DNA of 64,000 bases, from the NCBI GenBank assembly GCA_963727445.1, contig CAVSGI010000006.1:32001-96000 (forward strand), given 5' to 3'. Below, one piece after another: positions 10,326 through 19,406 of the stretch (position 1 is the first letter of the stretch; every line of letters starts with the position of its first letter). The notes beneath the pieces were generated by a model. The model made no database searches. It saw nothing but the letters and a program-made list of their open reading frames with translations, and was not told the DNA's origin. Made by a program: the position numbers and the translations under genes. This DNA comes from an uncultured delta proteobacterium. GTDB taxonomy: Bacteria; Myxococcota_A; Polyangia; Polyangiales; B10-G4.

Positions 10326-12034
10326 ACGATCTGACCGACGACCGCATCGACCCGGAGACACGCCTCGAGATCGAATCCTCGGTCGAGGAGTACGAGATCA
10401 AGCTGCGGCGAGAGCTGACGGAGCTCGAGGAGATGGGCTCCATCGCGCGCAAGGCGAAGAAGTTCCGAGAGCGCTTGATCCGCGCCGAGCTCGACGACGT
10501 CACCCAGGACGAAGCAGCGATGCGCCGTGAGGAGCACTCGCTGGTCAACTGGAACCTCTATCTCTCACTGGGGATCTCGATCGTGGTGATCGGCCTCGCG
10601 TTGATCTTCACCGAGTCGGTGCAGAGGTTCTCCGAGAACGCGAGCGAGTTCATCACCAACAACCTCAGCTGGTTCTACGTGCTGTTGAGCTCGGGCTTCA
10701 TCGTGTACCTCCTGTACCTGGCCTTCTCGCGCTATGGGCACGTGGTCCTCGGCGCCCCGAACGACCGCCCCGAGTTCTCCGACTTCTCCTGGTACTCGAT
10801 GCTCTTCTCCGCCGGCATGGGCGTCGGCATCCTCTTCTGGGGGGCCGCCGAGCCCGTGCACCACTACATCCATCCGCCGGTGGGCGCGCCCGAGACGGTG
10901 CAAGCTGCCAAGGCGTCGATGGCGCTCTCCGCGTTCCACTGGGGGCTGCACGCCTGGGGGATCTACACCGTCTGCGCGGTGGGCGTCGCGTACTACGGGT
11001 TCCGCAAACAGAAGAAGTACCTGATCTCCTCCAGCATCATGGACGTCATCGCCAACAAGCGGGCGAGGCGCGTCCTCAAGCTGCTGGTGGACATGGTATC
11101 GACGCTGGCCATCGTATTCGGCGTCGCGGCATCCCTGGGGATGGGCCTGATCCAGATCGCCTCCGGCCTGCACCACGTGTTCGGCGTCGATGCGGCGACG
11201 TCCGTCGGATACCTGGGAATCGTCGTGGTGATGACCGCGCTCTACCTGGTCTCTTCGTCGACGGGCCTGCAGAAGGGCATCAAGATCCTTTCGAACCTCA
11301 ACATGTTGGTGGCCCTCTTGTTGATGCTCTTCATCTTCATCGTCGGGCCCAAGCTCTTCATCCTCAAGCTCTCCGTCGACTCGATCGGCCAGTACCTGCA
11401 GCGCCTGCCAGAGCTCAGCTTCAAGGTCGACCCGTTCCAGCCCGAGTACGAAGGGTGGATGAAGGACTGGACGGTGACCTACTTCACCTGGTGGATCGCC
11501 TGGGCGCCCTTCGTGGGGATCTTCATCGCCCGCATCTCGCGTGGCCGCACCATCCGGGAGCTCGTCCTGGGCTCACTCCTCGGTCCGACGCTCTTCTGCA
11601 TCCTCTGGTTCAGCGTGTTCGGTGGGACGGCGCTACATCTCGAGGTCTTCGACGGCAACGGCATCGGCAATCTCGTCGATCAGGACGTGTCGGTGGCGCT
11701 CTTCGGCCTGTTGGATCGGCTACCTCTGACACAGGTCACCTCGGTCGTGGCCATCATCCTTCTGTTCACCTTCCTGATCACCTCGGCGGATTCGGCCACC
11801 TTCGTGATCGCGATGATGACCTCCGAGGGGGACCTCGAGCCGAGCACGAAGCTGAAGGTCGTCTGGGGTGTGCTGCTCGCGGCGCTCTGCTACCTGCTGG
11901 TCATCGGCGGCGGCATCAAGGCCCTTCAGGCCGCAGCGCTTGTCTGCGCCTTCCCCTTCGCGATAGTGCTGCTCTTGATCATCGCCTCGGTGACCTTTCG
12001 GCTATCGATTCAGATCAAGAAGAAGCGCGTCTGA
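10322..12034 (+). CDS. BCCT family (betaine/choline/carnitine) transporter with charged N-terminal extension
   Basis: SWYSMLFSAGMGVG, FHWGLHAW and WWIAWAPFVGIFIARISRGRTIRE motifs; the TTG start overlaps the HDAC stop (TTGA). Confidence 0.95.
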   Translation: MNDLTDDRIDPETRLEIESSVEEYEIKLRRELTELEEMGSIARKAKKFRERLIRAELDDVTQDEAAMRREEHSLVNWNLYLSLGISIVVIGLALIFTESVQRFSENASEFITNNLSWFYVLLSSGFIVYLLYLAFSRYGHVVLGAPNDRPEFSDFSWYSMLFSAGMGVGILFWGAAEPVHHYIHPPVGAPETVQAAKASMALSAFHWGLHAWGIYTVCAVGVAYYGFRKQKKYLISSSIMDVIANKRARRVLKLLVDMVSTLAIVFGVAASLGMGLIQIASGLHHVFGVDAATSVGYLGIVVVMTALYLVSSSTGLQKGIKILSNLNMLVALLLMLFIFIVGPKLFILKLSVDSIGQYLQRLPELSFKVDPFQPEYEGWMKDWTVTYFTWWIAWAPFVGIFIARISRGRTIRELVLGSLLGPTLFCILWFSVFGGTALHLEVFDGNGIGNLVDQDVSVALFGLLDRLPLTQVTSVVAIILLFTFLITSADSATFVIAMMTSEGDLEPSTKLKVVWGVLLAALCYLLVIGGGIKALQAAALVCAFPFAIVLLLIIASVTFRLSIQIKKKRV

Positions 12035-12035
12035 G

Positions 12036-13274
12036 TCACTCGCCGAGCCAGTTCGTGCGGATGGTCTCCATGCGGGGAGACTCCTTCAGCTCGAGGAGCT
12101 CGAGGTCCAACAGGTCCTGTAGGTTACTGCCGATGGCGACGCAGAATCCGTAGCCCACCGGCTCGTAGCTGTGCTCCGAAAGGACGAGGTCGTGGGCTGC
12201 GTCGTCGCGCGTCAGATGATAGGCGAGCACCGGCCGGTCGAAGACGACGGCTTCGGCGTCGCCGCGCTCCACCATCGCGATGGCCTCTTCCACGTCGTCT
12301 GCGGTGGCCACGCGTCCACCGTGCCGGCGCACGAAGGGAACGGAGCTGGTGCCGCGTGGCACCGCGATGGTGCGACCCTCGAGGTCGTCGATGGAATCGA
12401 TGGAGGAGGTGTCGAGGTTCGCGAGGGTCAGGGCGGTGGCGATGAAGGCGGTCATCGACGAAGTGGTGATCAGGGCGAGGATCATCCAAACGCCAGTGAT
12501 CACCCGACCGATGGGCGTCTCCGGCGCTCGGTCGCCGTATCCGACGGTGGTCATGGTGACCAGCGCCAGCCAGATCCCGTTTCCGATCCCGTGGAGCGGC
12601 TTCTCGGGGAAGTGGTCGGGGTTGGCCTTGCGCTCGGTGAGCCAGAGGAGCGTCCCGACGATGGTGAGCACGATCAGGAACGCCAGCAGGCCTCCGATGA
12701 AACCGCGCGTGAGGAACGGAGCGACCCGTGACCACATGCCGCTCTCCGGTGGCGCTGCGATGGAGATCGAGCTCGAGTAGTGGGGCTGGGTGAAGGCGAC
12801 CCGCGCCGCCCGCTCGCTGTTGATGGTGATGGGGCCGACGCCGACGTCGACCTCGCCGCGCGCCACCGCGTTGATGAGACGCAGCGCGTTGGGATAGTCG
12901 CGGTAGCTGTATCGAATGTTCGCCTGGGCCGCGATCGCTTCCCAGTCCTCCACGCTGATGCCCTTCCTGCCATCGTCGCCCTCCACCACGAAGGGGGCGC
13001 TCCCCGCGACCCCCACCACGAGCTCCATCGGCTCGGCCGGTGGCTCCACCACCGGGGGCAGGAGCTGGACGTCACTCTCCTGCGCGCCCGCTTCTCCGGC
13101 GTCGCCGGCATCGACGTCCCCCGCGTCGCCGGCATCGGTGTCCTCTGCGCGACCGGCGTCGGCGTCGCGGCCGGTGTCGCGCGCGGATGGAGGCTCCTGC
13201 TCGTCCTGCGCGCGCGCTGGCAGCGGCGCCGCGAGCATCATCAGGGCGGCGGTGAAGAGCGCCCACGCCTTCAC
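12036..13274 (-). CDS. GluR0-like ligand-gated K+ channel (SBP_bac_3 S1/S2 flanking a 2TM pore)
   Basis: Signal peptide, split amino-acid-binding domain (PF, ITINSER, FTQP, GTSS, DRP) and K+ filter TMTTVGYGD. Confidence 0.9.
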   Translation of the reverse strand: MKAWALFTAALMMLAAPLPARAQDEQEPPSARDTGRDADAGRAEDTDAGDAGDVDAGDAGEAGAQESDVQLLPPVVEPPAEPMELVVGVAGSAPFVVEGDDGRKGISVEDWEAIAAQANIRYSYRDYPNALRLINAVARGEVDVGVGPITINSERAARVAFTQPHYSSSISIAAPPESGMWSRVAPFLTRGFIGGLLAFLIVLTIVGTLLWLTERKANPDHFPEKPLHGIGNGIWLALVTMTTVGYGDRAPETPIGRVITGVWMILALITTSSMTAFIATALTLANLDTSSIDSIDDLEGRTIAVPRGTSSVPFVRRHGGRVATADDVEEAIAMVERGDAEAVVFDRPVLAYHLTRDDAAHDLVLSEHSYEPVGYGFCVAIGSNLQDLLDLELLELKESPRMETIRTNWLGE

Positions 13275-14311
13275 TCATCACCTCCCGCGGACTCGATGCG
13301 CCGCCGGGCACGCTCCACGGCGCGCTCGAGCGTCTCGACCAGCCGGCCGGCGCGCGGGCCCGCTTCCGCCACGAAGGCCTCGCGCACCTCGAGCGCCCGC
13401 TGTCGGAACGGCTCGCGCTCCTCCTCGCTCAGGTGCGTCACGCTGATCTCCGGACGCCGCGCGCGGATCTCGGCCAGCCGCTCTTCGTTGACGGCACGCT
13501 GCACCTCGTAGATCTCGGTCTGGAGCTGCGCGACGACCCCTTCGAGCATCTGCCGCCGGCCCGCGTCGAGCCCGTCGAGAAAGGCGCGGTTCGCCGCGAC
13601 GGTCGTGATGAAGAGCGCGTGGTGGGGAAACGTCATGTGGTCGGTCACCTCGTAGAAGCTCATCTCTTCGATGGCGAAGATCGGATTGACCTGTCCGTCG
13701 ATCATGTGGAGCTGGAGGCCGGAATAGACCTCGGCGTAGGGGAGGGGGGTGGCGCTGGAGCCGTAGGCGTCGTAGGTCGCGAGCAGAAGCGGGGAGGTCA
13801 TGACCCGCATGCGGATGCCCTCGAAGTCCTCCGGGGTGTGAATCGCCTCTCGGGTGGTCCACACCATCTCGCCCTCGGAGAAGGCGGCGAGGAAACCGAG
13901 CCCGCGCTCCGCATAGAGCTCGCCCATCATCTCGCGCAGCTCCGCGTCGCCCAGAGCGATGGAGTCGACCTCCTCGTCGCCGCTGAGGACGTAGTGCAGG
14001 AGGAGCGCCTGGACCTCGGGGATGATCTTGCCGAGGTGCCCTGGTGAGCTCATCGCCAGCTGCAGGGTTCCGTCGTGCAGCTGCTCGGTCACCTGGTCGG
14101 AGGTACCGAGGGTGCCGTACGGATAGACGATGACCTTCACCTCGCCGCGGGTGCGCTCGTGCACCAGCTCGGCGAAGCGCTGCGCGTAGGAGTCCTGAAC
14201 CGAGCCGCGGGTCTCCTCGATGGCGAAGCGCCAGATCTCCCCATCGTCCCGGCGCGGCTCGCAGGCGACGAGCAGCGCCATCAGGGTCAAGAGCGTGCAG
14301 AGACGGAGCAT
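13271..14311 (-). CDS. dctP: TRAP substrate-binding protein DctP, TeaA-like (ectoine), lipoprotein
   Basis: WRFAIEET.GSVQD N-terminus resembles TeaA; RVMTSP, YSGLQ and DGQVNP motifs; lipobox LVAC. Confidence 0.88.
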   Translation of the reverse strand: MLRLCTLLTLMALLVACEPRRDDGEIWRFAIEETRGSVQDSYAQRFAELVHERTRGEVKVIVYPYGTLGTSDQVTEQLHDGTLQLAMSSPGHLGKIIPEVQALLLHYVLSGDEEVDSIALGDAELREMMGELYAERGLGFLAAFSEGEMVWTTREAIHTPEDFEGIRMRVMTSPLLLATYDAYGSSATPLPYAEVYSGLQLHMIDGQVNPIFAIEEMSFYEVTDHMTFPHHALFITTVAANRAFLDGLDAGRRQMLEGVVAQLQTEIYEVQRAVNEERLAEIRARRPEISVTHLSEEEREPFRQRALEVREAFVAEAGPRAGRLVETLERAVERARRRIESAGGDE

Positions 14312-15597
14312 CAGTCGAAGGCGAGGTCTCGGAGAAAGAGCGCGATCTGTGGAAAGGCGATCAGCAGGGCGGAGGCGAGGAGCAGCATGAAGATGAAGGG
14401 CGGCGTCCCCCGGATGATGTCGAGGTAGGGCTTACGGAAGATGGCGATGGCGGTGAAGATGTCGCAGCCGAAGGGCGGCGTCGCCGAGCCGATCGCTACC
14501 TGGAGCGTCACCACCGTGCCCACCAGCACGGGGTCGATGCCAGCGGCCACCGCGACCGGGTGGAAGATCGGGGTGAGGATCAGGATCACCACGATCGGAT
14601 CGACGAACATGCAGCCGACGAAGTAGGCGACGGCGATGGTGATCATGATGGTCGCGTAGCCGCTGTCGGCGCCCAGACCGAGCGTGCCTTCGACGACTTG
14701 CGTCGGGAGCTCGGCGTAGCTGATGACCCAGCTGAAGGCAGCACCGGCGCCGACGAGGATGAAGACCACCGAGGTGACCAGGCCGGTGTCGCGTGCGATC
14801 TTCGGCAACTGACGGAAGGACAGCTGCTTGTAGACGCCGACCTCCAGGATGGCGGCGTAGAGCACGCTCACGGCGGCGGCCTCGGTGGGGCTGAAGAAGC
14901 CGGCGTAGATGCCGCCGATGATGATCACCGGAAAGCCGAGCGGTAGCGACGCACGGCGCAGCGCCGTGAGTCGCTCCGACCAGGTCGCCGGGCGCATCGC
15001 CGCGATGCCCATGCGGATGCTGTAGAGGAAGCAGTATCCGCAGAAGAGCACCAGGATGAGCAGGCCCGGCCCGATGCCCGCGATGAAGAGCTCGCCGATC
15101 GAGGTCCCGCTGACGACCCCGTAGACGATCATCCCGATGCTCGGTGGGATCAGCAGCGCGATGTCGCTGGCGTTGATGATCAGCGCGGTGCTGAAGGCGT
15201 CGTCGTAACCGGCTTCGAGCATCTTCGGGCGCAAGGGGCCGCCGATCGCGACCACCGTCGCCTGAGTGGAGCCGCTCAGCGCTCCGAAGAGCGTGCAGCT
15301 CACCGCGGTGGTGATGGGCAGGCCTCCACGGACGTGTCCCACCATCCCCATCACCAGGTCCAAGAGCCGGTCCGCCGCCTGGCCGCGGGTCATGATCTCG
15401 GCGGCGAGGATGAACATCGGCACCGCGATGAGCGCCGATGGCGTGACCCCACCGATCATCTGCTGGACCAGGGTCTCCGGGTCCGCGCCGGGGAACCAGA
15501 CCAGCGCGACCAGCAGCGCGGCCGCGATCAGAGGGACCTTCATGGGATAGCCCATGAAGAGCAGCAGCAGCATCACCCCGATGATCGCGAGCGCCAC
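14311..15597 (-). CDS. dctM: TRAP large permease DctM (TeaC-like)
   Basis: AVPMFILA, FGALSGS, LIPPSI and TPPFG motifs. Confidence 0.93.
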   Translation of the reverse strand: MALAIIGVMLLLLFMGYPMKVPLIAAALLVALVWFPGADPETLVQQMIGGVTPSALIAVPMFILAAEIMTRGQAADRLLDLVMGMVGHVRGGLPITTAVSCTLFGALSGSTQATVVAIGGPLRPKMLEAGYDDAFSTALIINASDIALLIPPSIGMIVYGVVSGTSIGELFIAGIGPGLLILVLFCGYCFLYSIRMGIAAMRPATWSERLTALRRASLPLGFPVIIIGGIYAGFFSPTEAAAVSVLYAAILEVGVYKQLSFRQLPKIARDTGLVTSVVFILVGAGAAFSWVISYAELPTQVVEGTLGLGADSGYATIMITIAVAYFVGCMFVDPIVVILILTPIFHPVAVAAGIDPVLVGTVVTLQVAIGSATPPFGCDIFTAIAIFRKPYLDIIRGTPPFIFMLLLASALLIAFPQIALFLRDLAFD

Positions 15598-15603
15598 GCC
15601 GGC

Positions 15604-16155
15604 TCAGATCCCCTCCGGAGGCAGCGGCGCCTCCCCGTATTCGTCGAGCTGCTCGAAGGACAGGTAGACCTCCTCCGAGCGAAGGTTCTGAACGAAGGCC
15701 AGCACGTATTGGATCCCGGCCAGCACGAATCCGATCGGAGCCGCGAGGTAGACGAGCCACAGCGGCACCTGAAGTGCGGGCGATACCGATCCCAGCTCGC
15801 GGACGGTGCCTAGCGAATAGCGAAGCCCGAGGTACGCGAGATAGAAGAGCAGAACCGCCGTGGTGAAGGTGATGAAGAGGCGCACCCCCTTCTTCGCCTT
15901 GTGGGGCAGGGCGTCGTAGAGCGCGGTCATCCGGATGTGCCGGCCCTTGCCCGCCGCATAGCCCAGGCCGAGGAAGGTCACGAAGACCATCAGGAACTGA
16001 CTCAGCTCCTCCGCCGACGCGAGGCTCTCGCCGAAGAGCGTGCGTCCCGCGACGTTGGTGATCGTCAGTACCGCGATGCCGAGTACGCCACCCGCGAGAC
16101 ACGTCTCCTCGATGCGGGTGACGAGCTTCGATACGCGCGCTGGCAGATCACTCAC
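15604..16155 (-). CDS. dctQ: TRAP small permease DctQ (TeaB-like)
   Basis: Four TM segments, EELS and GRHIRM motifs. Confidence 0.92.
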   Translation of the reverse strand: MSDLPARVSKLVTRIEETCLAGGVLGIAVLTITNVAGRTLFGESLASAEELSQFLMVFVTFLGLGYAAGKGRHIRMTALYDALPHKAKKGVRLFITFTTAVLLFYLAYLGLRYSLGTVRELGSVSPALQVPLWLVYLAAPIGFVLAGIQYVLAFVQNLRSEEVYLSFEQLDEYGEAPLPPEGI

Positions 16156-16237
16156 GACACTCGCGATGAGGGTTTGGATGGACGTATTTCAGGCGAATGT
16201 GACATTCTCGACAGACACCCTACACGTCACGACGCCG

Positions 16238-17407
16238 ATGCAACACCGCGACGATCTCGCATTCCCCATGGACGAGTACCTCCGCCGGCTGCGCGAGCTG
16301 CGCGAGCGCATGGCCGAGCGTGGGTTCGACGCGCTCCTGATCACGACGCCGGAGAACATCTGCTATCTCACGGGCTTCGAGAGCCCGGGGTACTACGCTT
16401 TCGAGGCATTTCTCGTCCCGATCGAGGGGGAGTGCATCATGCTCCCCCGGCGTCTCGAGGAGGCTGGCGTCCAGGCACGGACCTGGGTCACCCACATCCG
16501 GGCCTACGACGACAACGAGGATCCGATCGCCAAGGTGGTCGAGGTGCTCGCCCTCGCGTCGCTGACGGACAAGCGGATCGGCTTCGAGCGCGACTGCTGG
16601 TTCTTCACCGCCACGCAACAGGAGCGGCTCTTCGCGAAATCACCGATCACCTCCTTCGTCGATTGCAGCGGCATCGTCGAGGCGGGGCGGCTGGTGAAAT
16701 CGGAGCTCGAGATCGAGATGATGCGCAAAGCGGCTCGCTTCGCCGAGGCTGGGATGCGCGCCGGGCTCGAGGCCGTTCGCCCGGGGGCGACCGAGAACGA
16801 CGTCGCGGCCGCGATCCACTTCGCGATGATCTCGGCGGGCGGTGAGTGGCCCGCCATCTCCCCCTTCGTCGCCACGGGACACCGCGGCTCCATCGGCCAC
16901 ACCACGTGGGAGGGGGTGCCCATCGAGGAGGGACACTGCGTATTCTTGGAAGTGGGCGGGTGCTTCAAGCGCTACCACGCCGCCCTCATGCGCACCGCCT
17001 TCCTCGGCAAGCCCGACAGCCGCATCGAGCTCGCTGCGCGCACCATCGAGGACGCGATGCGTGCGGCCCTGACGCAGATCGAGCCGGGCATGCGCATCGG
17101 CGAGGTCGACGACATCAGCCGAAAGCTCATCCGAAAGGCCTCGGACCGTTTCGGGGGGATTCAGATGACGCGCTCGGGCTACTCGATCGGGATCGCCTTC
17201 CCGCCCGACTGGGGCGAAGGGCACATCATGAGCATTCGGCACCAGGATCCCCGGGTGCTGGTGCCGAACATGACCTTCCACCACATCCCCTGGGTACAGC
17301 TCCCCGGTCGCGCGGGGATCGGGATGTCCGAGACCATCCGTGTGACCGAGGACGGCTGCGAGACGCTCACGAAGTTCGATCGAAAGCTCTTCGTGGTGGA
17401 GGCGTGA
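16238..17407 (+). CDS. doeA: M24 family hydrolase, ectoine hydrolase DoeA/EutD-like
   Basis: F..EY..RL N-terminus, RYHAALMRT and GYSIGIAFPPDWGE motifs (DoeA-type); divergent from the Tea-like TRAP genes. Confidence 0.75.
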   Translation: MQHRDDLAFPMDEYLRRLRELRERMAERGFDALLITTPENICYLTGFESPGYYAFEAFLVPIEGECIMLPRRLEEAGVQARTWVTHIRAYDDNEDPIAKVVEVLALASLTDKRIGFERDCWFFTATQQERLFAKSPITSFVDCSGIVEAGRLVKSELEIEMMRKAARFAEAGMRAGLEAVRPGATENDVAAAIHFAMISAGGEWPAISPFVATGHRGSIGHTTWEGVPIEEGHCVFLEVGGCFKRYHAALMRTAFLGKPDSRIELAARTIEDAMRAALTQIEPGMRIGEVDDISRKLIRKASDRFGGIQMTRSGYSIGIAFPPDWGEGHIMSIRHQDPRVLVPNMTFHHIPWVQLPGRAGIGMSETIRVTEDGCETLTKFDRKLFVVEA

Positions 17408-18432
17408 CGCAGAAGCGCTTCTTCGCCAGCGACAACGCGTCGGGGACGCACCCGCGTGTGCTGGAGGCGCTCACGGGGGCGAATCGCGGCCACGCCCTGG
17501 CTTACGGGCACGACCCGTTCACCGAGCGCGCCGTCGAGGTACTGCGACGGCACTTCGGAGCGAGAGCGGCAGTGTACTTCGTCTTCGGTGGGACGGGCGC
17601 GAACGTTCTGTCCTTGGCCTGCGCCCTCGCGCCGACGGAGTCGGTGGTCTGCGCGCGCACTTCGCACGTCTGGAACGACGAATGCGCAGGGCCGGAGCGC
17701 TTTCTCGGCACCAAGCTCGTCCCCGCCGAGACCGAAGAGGGCAAGCTCACGCCGGCGTCCATCGATCCCCTGCTCAGGACGTCCACCAGCCCGCACGGAT
17801 CGCGCGCGGGCGTCGTGACCGTGAGCCAGGCGACCGAGTGGGGCACCGTCTACACGCCGGAGGAGCTGTCGGCGCTGTCGGCGCTGGCCCACACGCGCGG
17901 CGCGCGGCTTCACGTCGACGGCGCCCGCCTCGCCAACGCAGCGGCGTCACTCGACACCTCGCTGGGCGCGCTGGTCGCTGACACCGGCGTGGACGTGCTC
18001 AGCCTCGGCGGGACCAAGAACGGGATGATGTTCGGTGAAGCGGTGGTGATCCTCGAGCCCGAGCTCGCGAAGCACGCGGCACACCTGCAGAAGCAGGCGA
18101 TGCAGCTGCCGTCGAAGATGCGCTTCGTGGCGGCTCAGATCGAGGCCCTCTTCGGCGCGGACCTCCACCTCGAAAACGCGCGCAAGGCCAACGCCGCCGC
18201 CGCGCGTCTCGGCCAGGGCCTCGGCGCCATCGACGGGGTCGAGGTCGTCGTCCCCGTTGAGGCCAACGCTGTCTTCGCGCGCATGTCGCCCGCGCTCACC
18301 GAGGCCCTGCGCGAGGATTTCGTCTTCCACTGCTGGGAAGGCGACGTCGTACGTCTGATGTGCGCCTTCGACACCACCGACGAGGACGTGGACGCCTTCG
18401 TCGCGGCTGCGCGCCGCGGCGTTCAGTCGTGA
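17404..18432 (+). CDS. ltaE: Low-specificity L-threonine aldolase (PLP)
   Basis: FASDN, GGTGAN, QATEWGTVY, HVDGARLANA and GGTKNG motifs; GTG start overlaps the doeA stop. Confidence 0.9.
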   Translation: MTQKRFFASDNASGTHPRVLEALTGANRGHALAYGHDPFTERAVEVLRRHFGARAAVYFVFGGTGANVLSLACALAPTESVVCARTSHVWNDECAGPERFLGTKLVPAETEEGKLTPASIDPLLRTSTSPHGSRAGVVTVSQATEWGTVYTPEELSALSALAHTRGARLHVDGARLANAAASLDTSLGALVADTGVDVLSLGGTKNGMMFGEAVVILEPELAKHAAHLQKQAMQLPSKMRFVAAQIEALFGADLHLENARKANAAAARLGQGLGAIDGVEVVVPVEANAVFARMSPALTEALREDFVFHCWEGDVVRLMCAFDTTDEDVDAFVAAARRGVQS

Positions 18433-19406
18433 GGCACGGCCACGAGGCCCAGGCAGTCGCCGCGCTCGGTCGCGGCGAGGGCGCGCTGGCCGACGAAGAC
18501 GCCGTCCAGGGGCGCGCGGTGCGCCACCGGCTCGCGCATCGACCCCGCGCGTCGATGGACGCAGCCCACCACCTGTCCGTGGGTGACGTTCTCACCGAGG
18601 GAGACCGTGGGCTCGAAGAGCCCGTCGTCGGTGGCGATGACGAAGCCTTCGTCAGGGACGCGTAGCACGCGGGTCTCTGCGCTCGCTGCGGGCTCGCCCT
18701 CGAGCGCCCCGAGGTGGCGCAGAACGTTGCGCGCCCCGGCGCTCGCCAGCGAGGCGGTGCGGGGCGTGACCCGACCCCCGCCTCCGAGCTCGGTCGACAA
18801 GAAGAGCTTGCCCGCGCGCTCGACCTCGGTGTCGAGCATTCCCTGATCGTCGAGCTCGGATACGACAAGCGCGTGCGGTGCGCCGAAGGCGCGGGCGAGA
18901 GCCAGCGTCTCCTTCGTGCGCACCTCGTCGTCGAAGGCGTGAACCAGGGTGGTGGGAACGAACTCGAGCGAGCGCCCACCCGAGTGGATGTCCACGACCG
19001 CCGTGGCGCGCGACACGCACTCGGCGTGGATGAAGTGCGCGATCCGCTCCGTCACCGTGCCGCGCGGATCGCCCGGAAAGACGCGATTCATGTTCTTGCC
19101 GTCGAGCGGAGACAGACGCGTGCTGGCGGCGACGGCGGGCGCGTTCAACTCCGGCACGATGATCACCTGACCGCGCACCTCGCTGGCTTCGAGGCTCTTG
19201 GCGAGCTCGCCGAGGGCGATCGGTCCCTCTGGCTCGTCGCCGTGGCTGCCGCCGGTGAGCAGCACACAGGGGCCGTCACTCGTGCCGCGAATCGACACGA
19301 TGGGGACGAGGACCGAGCCCCAGGCGGAGCTCTCGCGAGAGTGGGGAAGGGAGAGCCGTCCGACGTGCTTGCCAGGGGCATCGAGAGAGATGTTCAGCGC
19401 GCTCAT
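18423..19406 (-). CDS. doeB: N-alpha-acetyl-diaminobutyrate deacetylase DoeB/EutE-like (AstE/AspA family)
   Basis: LPHSRESSAWGSVLVP, GGSHGDEPEG, NMNRVFPG, DIHSGG and TELGGGG motifs. Confidence 0.82.
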   Translation of the reverse strand: MSALNISLDAPGKHVGRLSLPHSRESSAWGSVLVPIVSIRGTSDGPCVLLTGGSHGDEPEGPIALGELAKSLEASEVRGQVIIVPELNAPAVAASTRLSPLDGKNMNRVFPGDPRGTVTERIAHFIHAECVSRATAVVDIHSGGRSLEFVPTTLVHAFDDEVRTKETLALARAFGAPHALVVSELDDQGMLDTEVERAGKLFLSTELGGGGRVTPRTASLASAGARNVLRHLGALEGEPAASAETRVLRVPDEGFVIATDDGLFEPTVSLGENVTHGQVVGCVHRRAGSMREPVAHRAPLDGVFVGQRALAATERGDCLGLVAVPHD

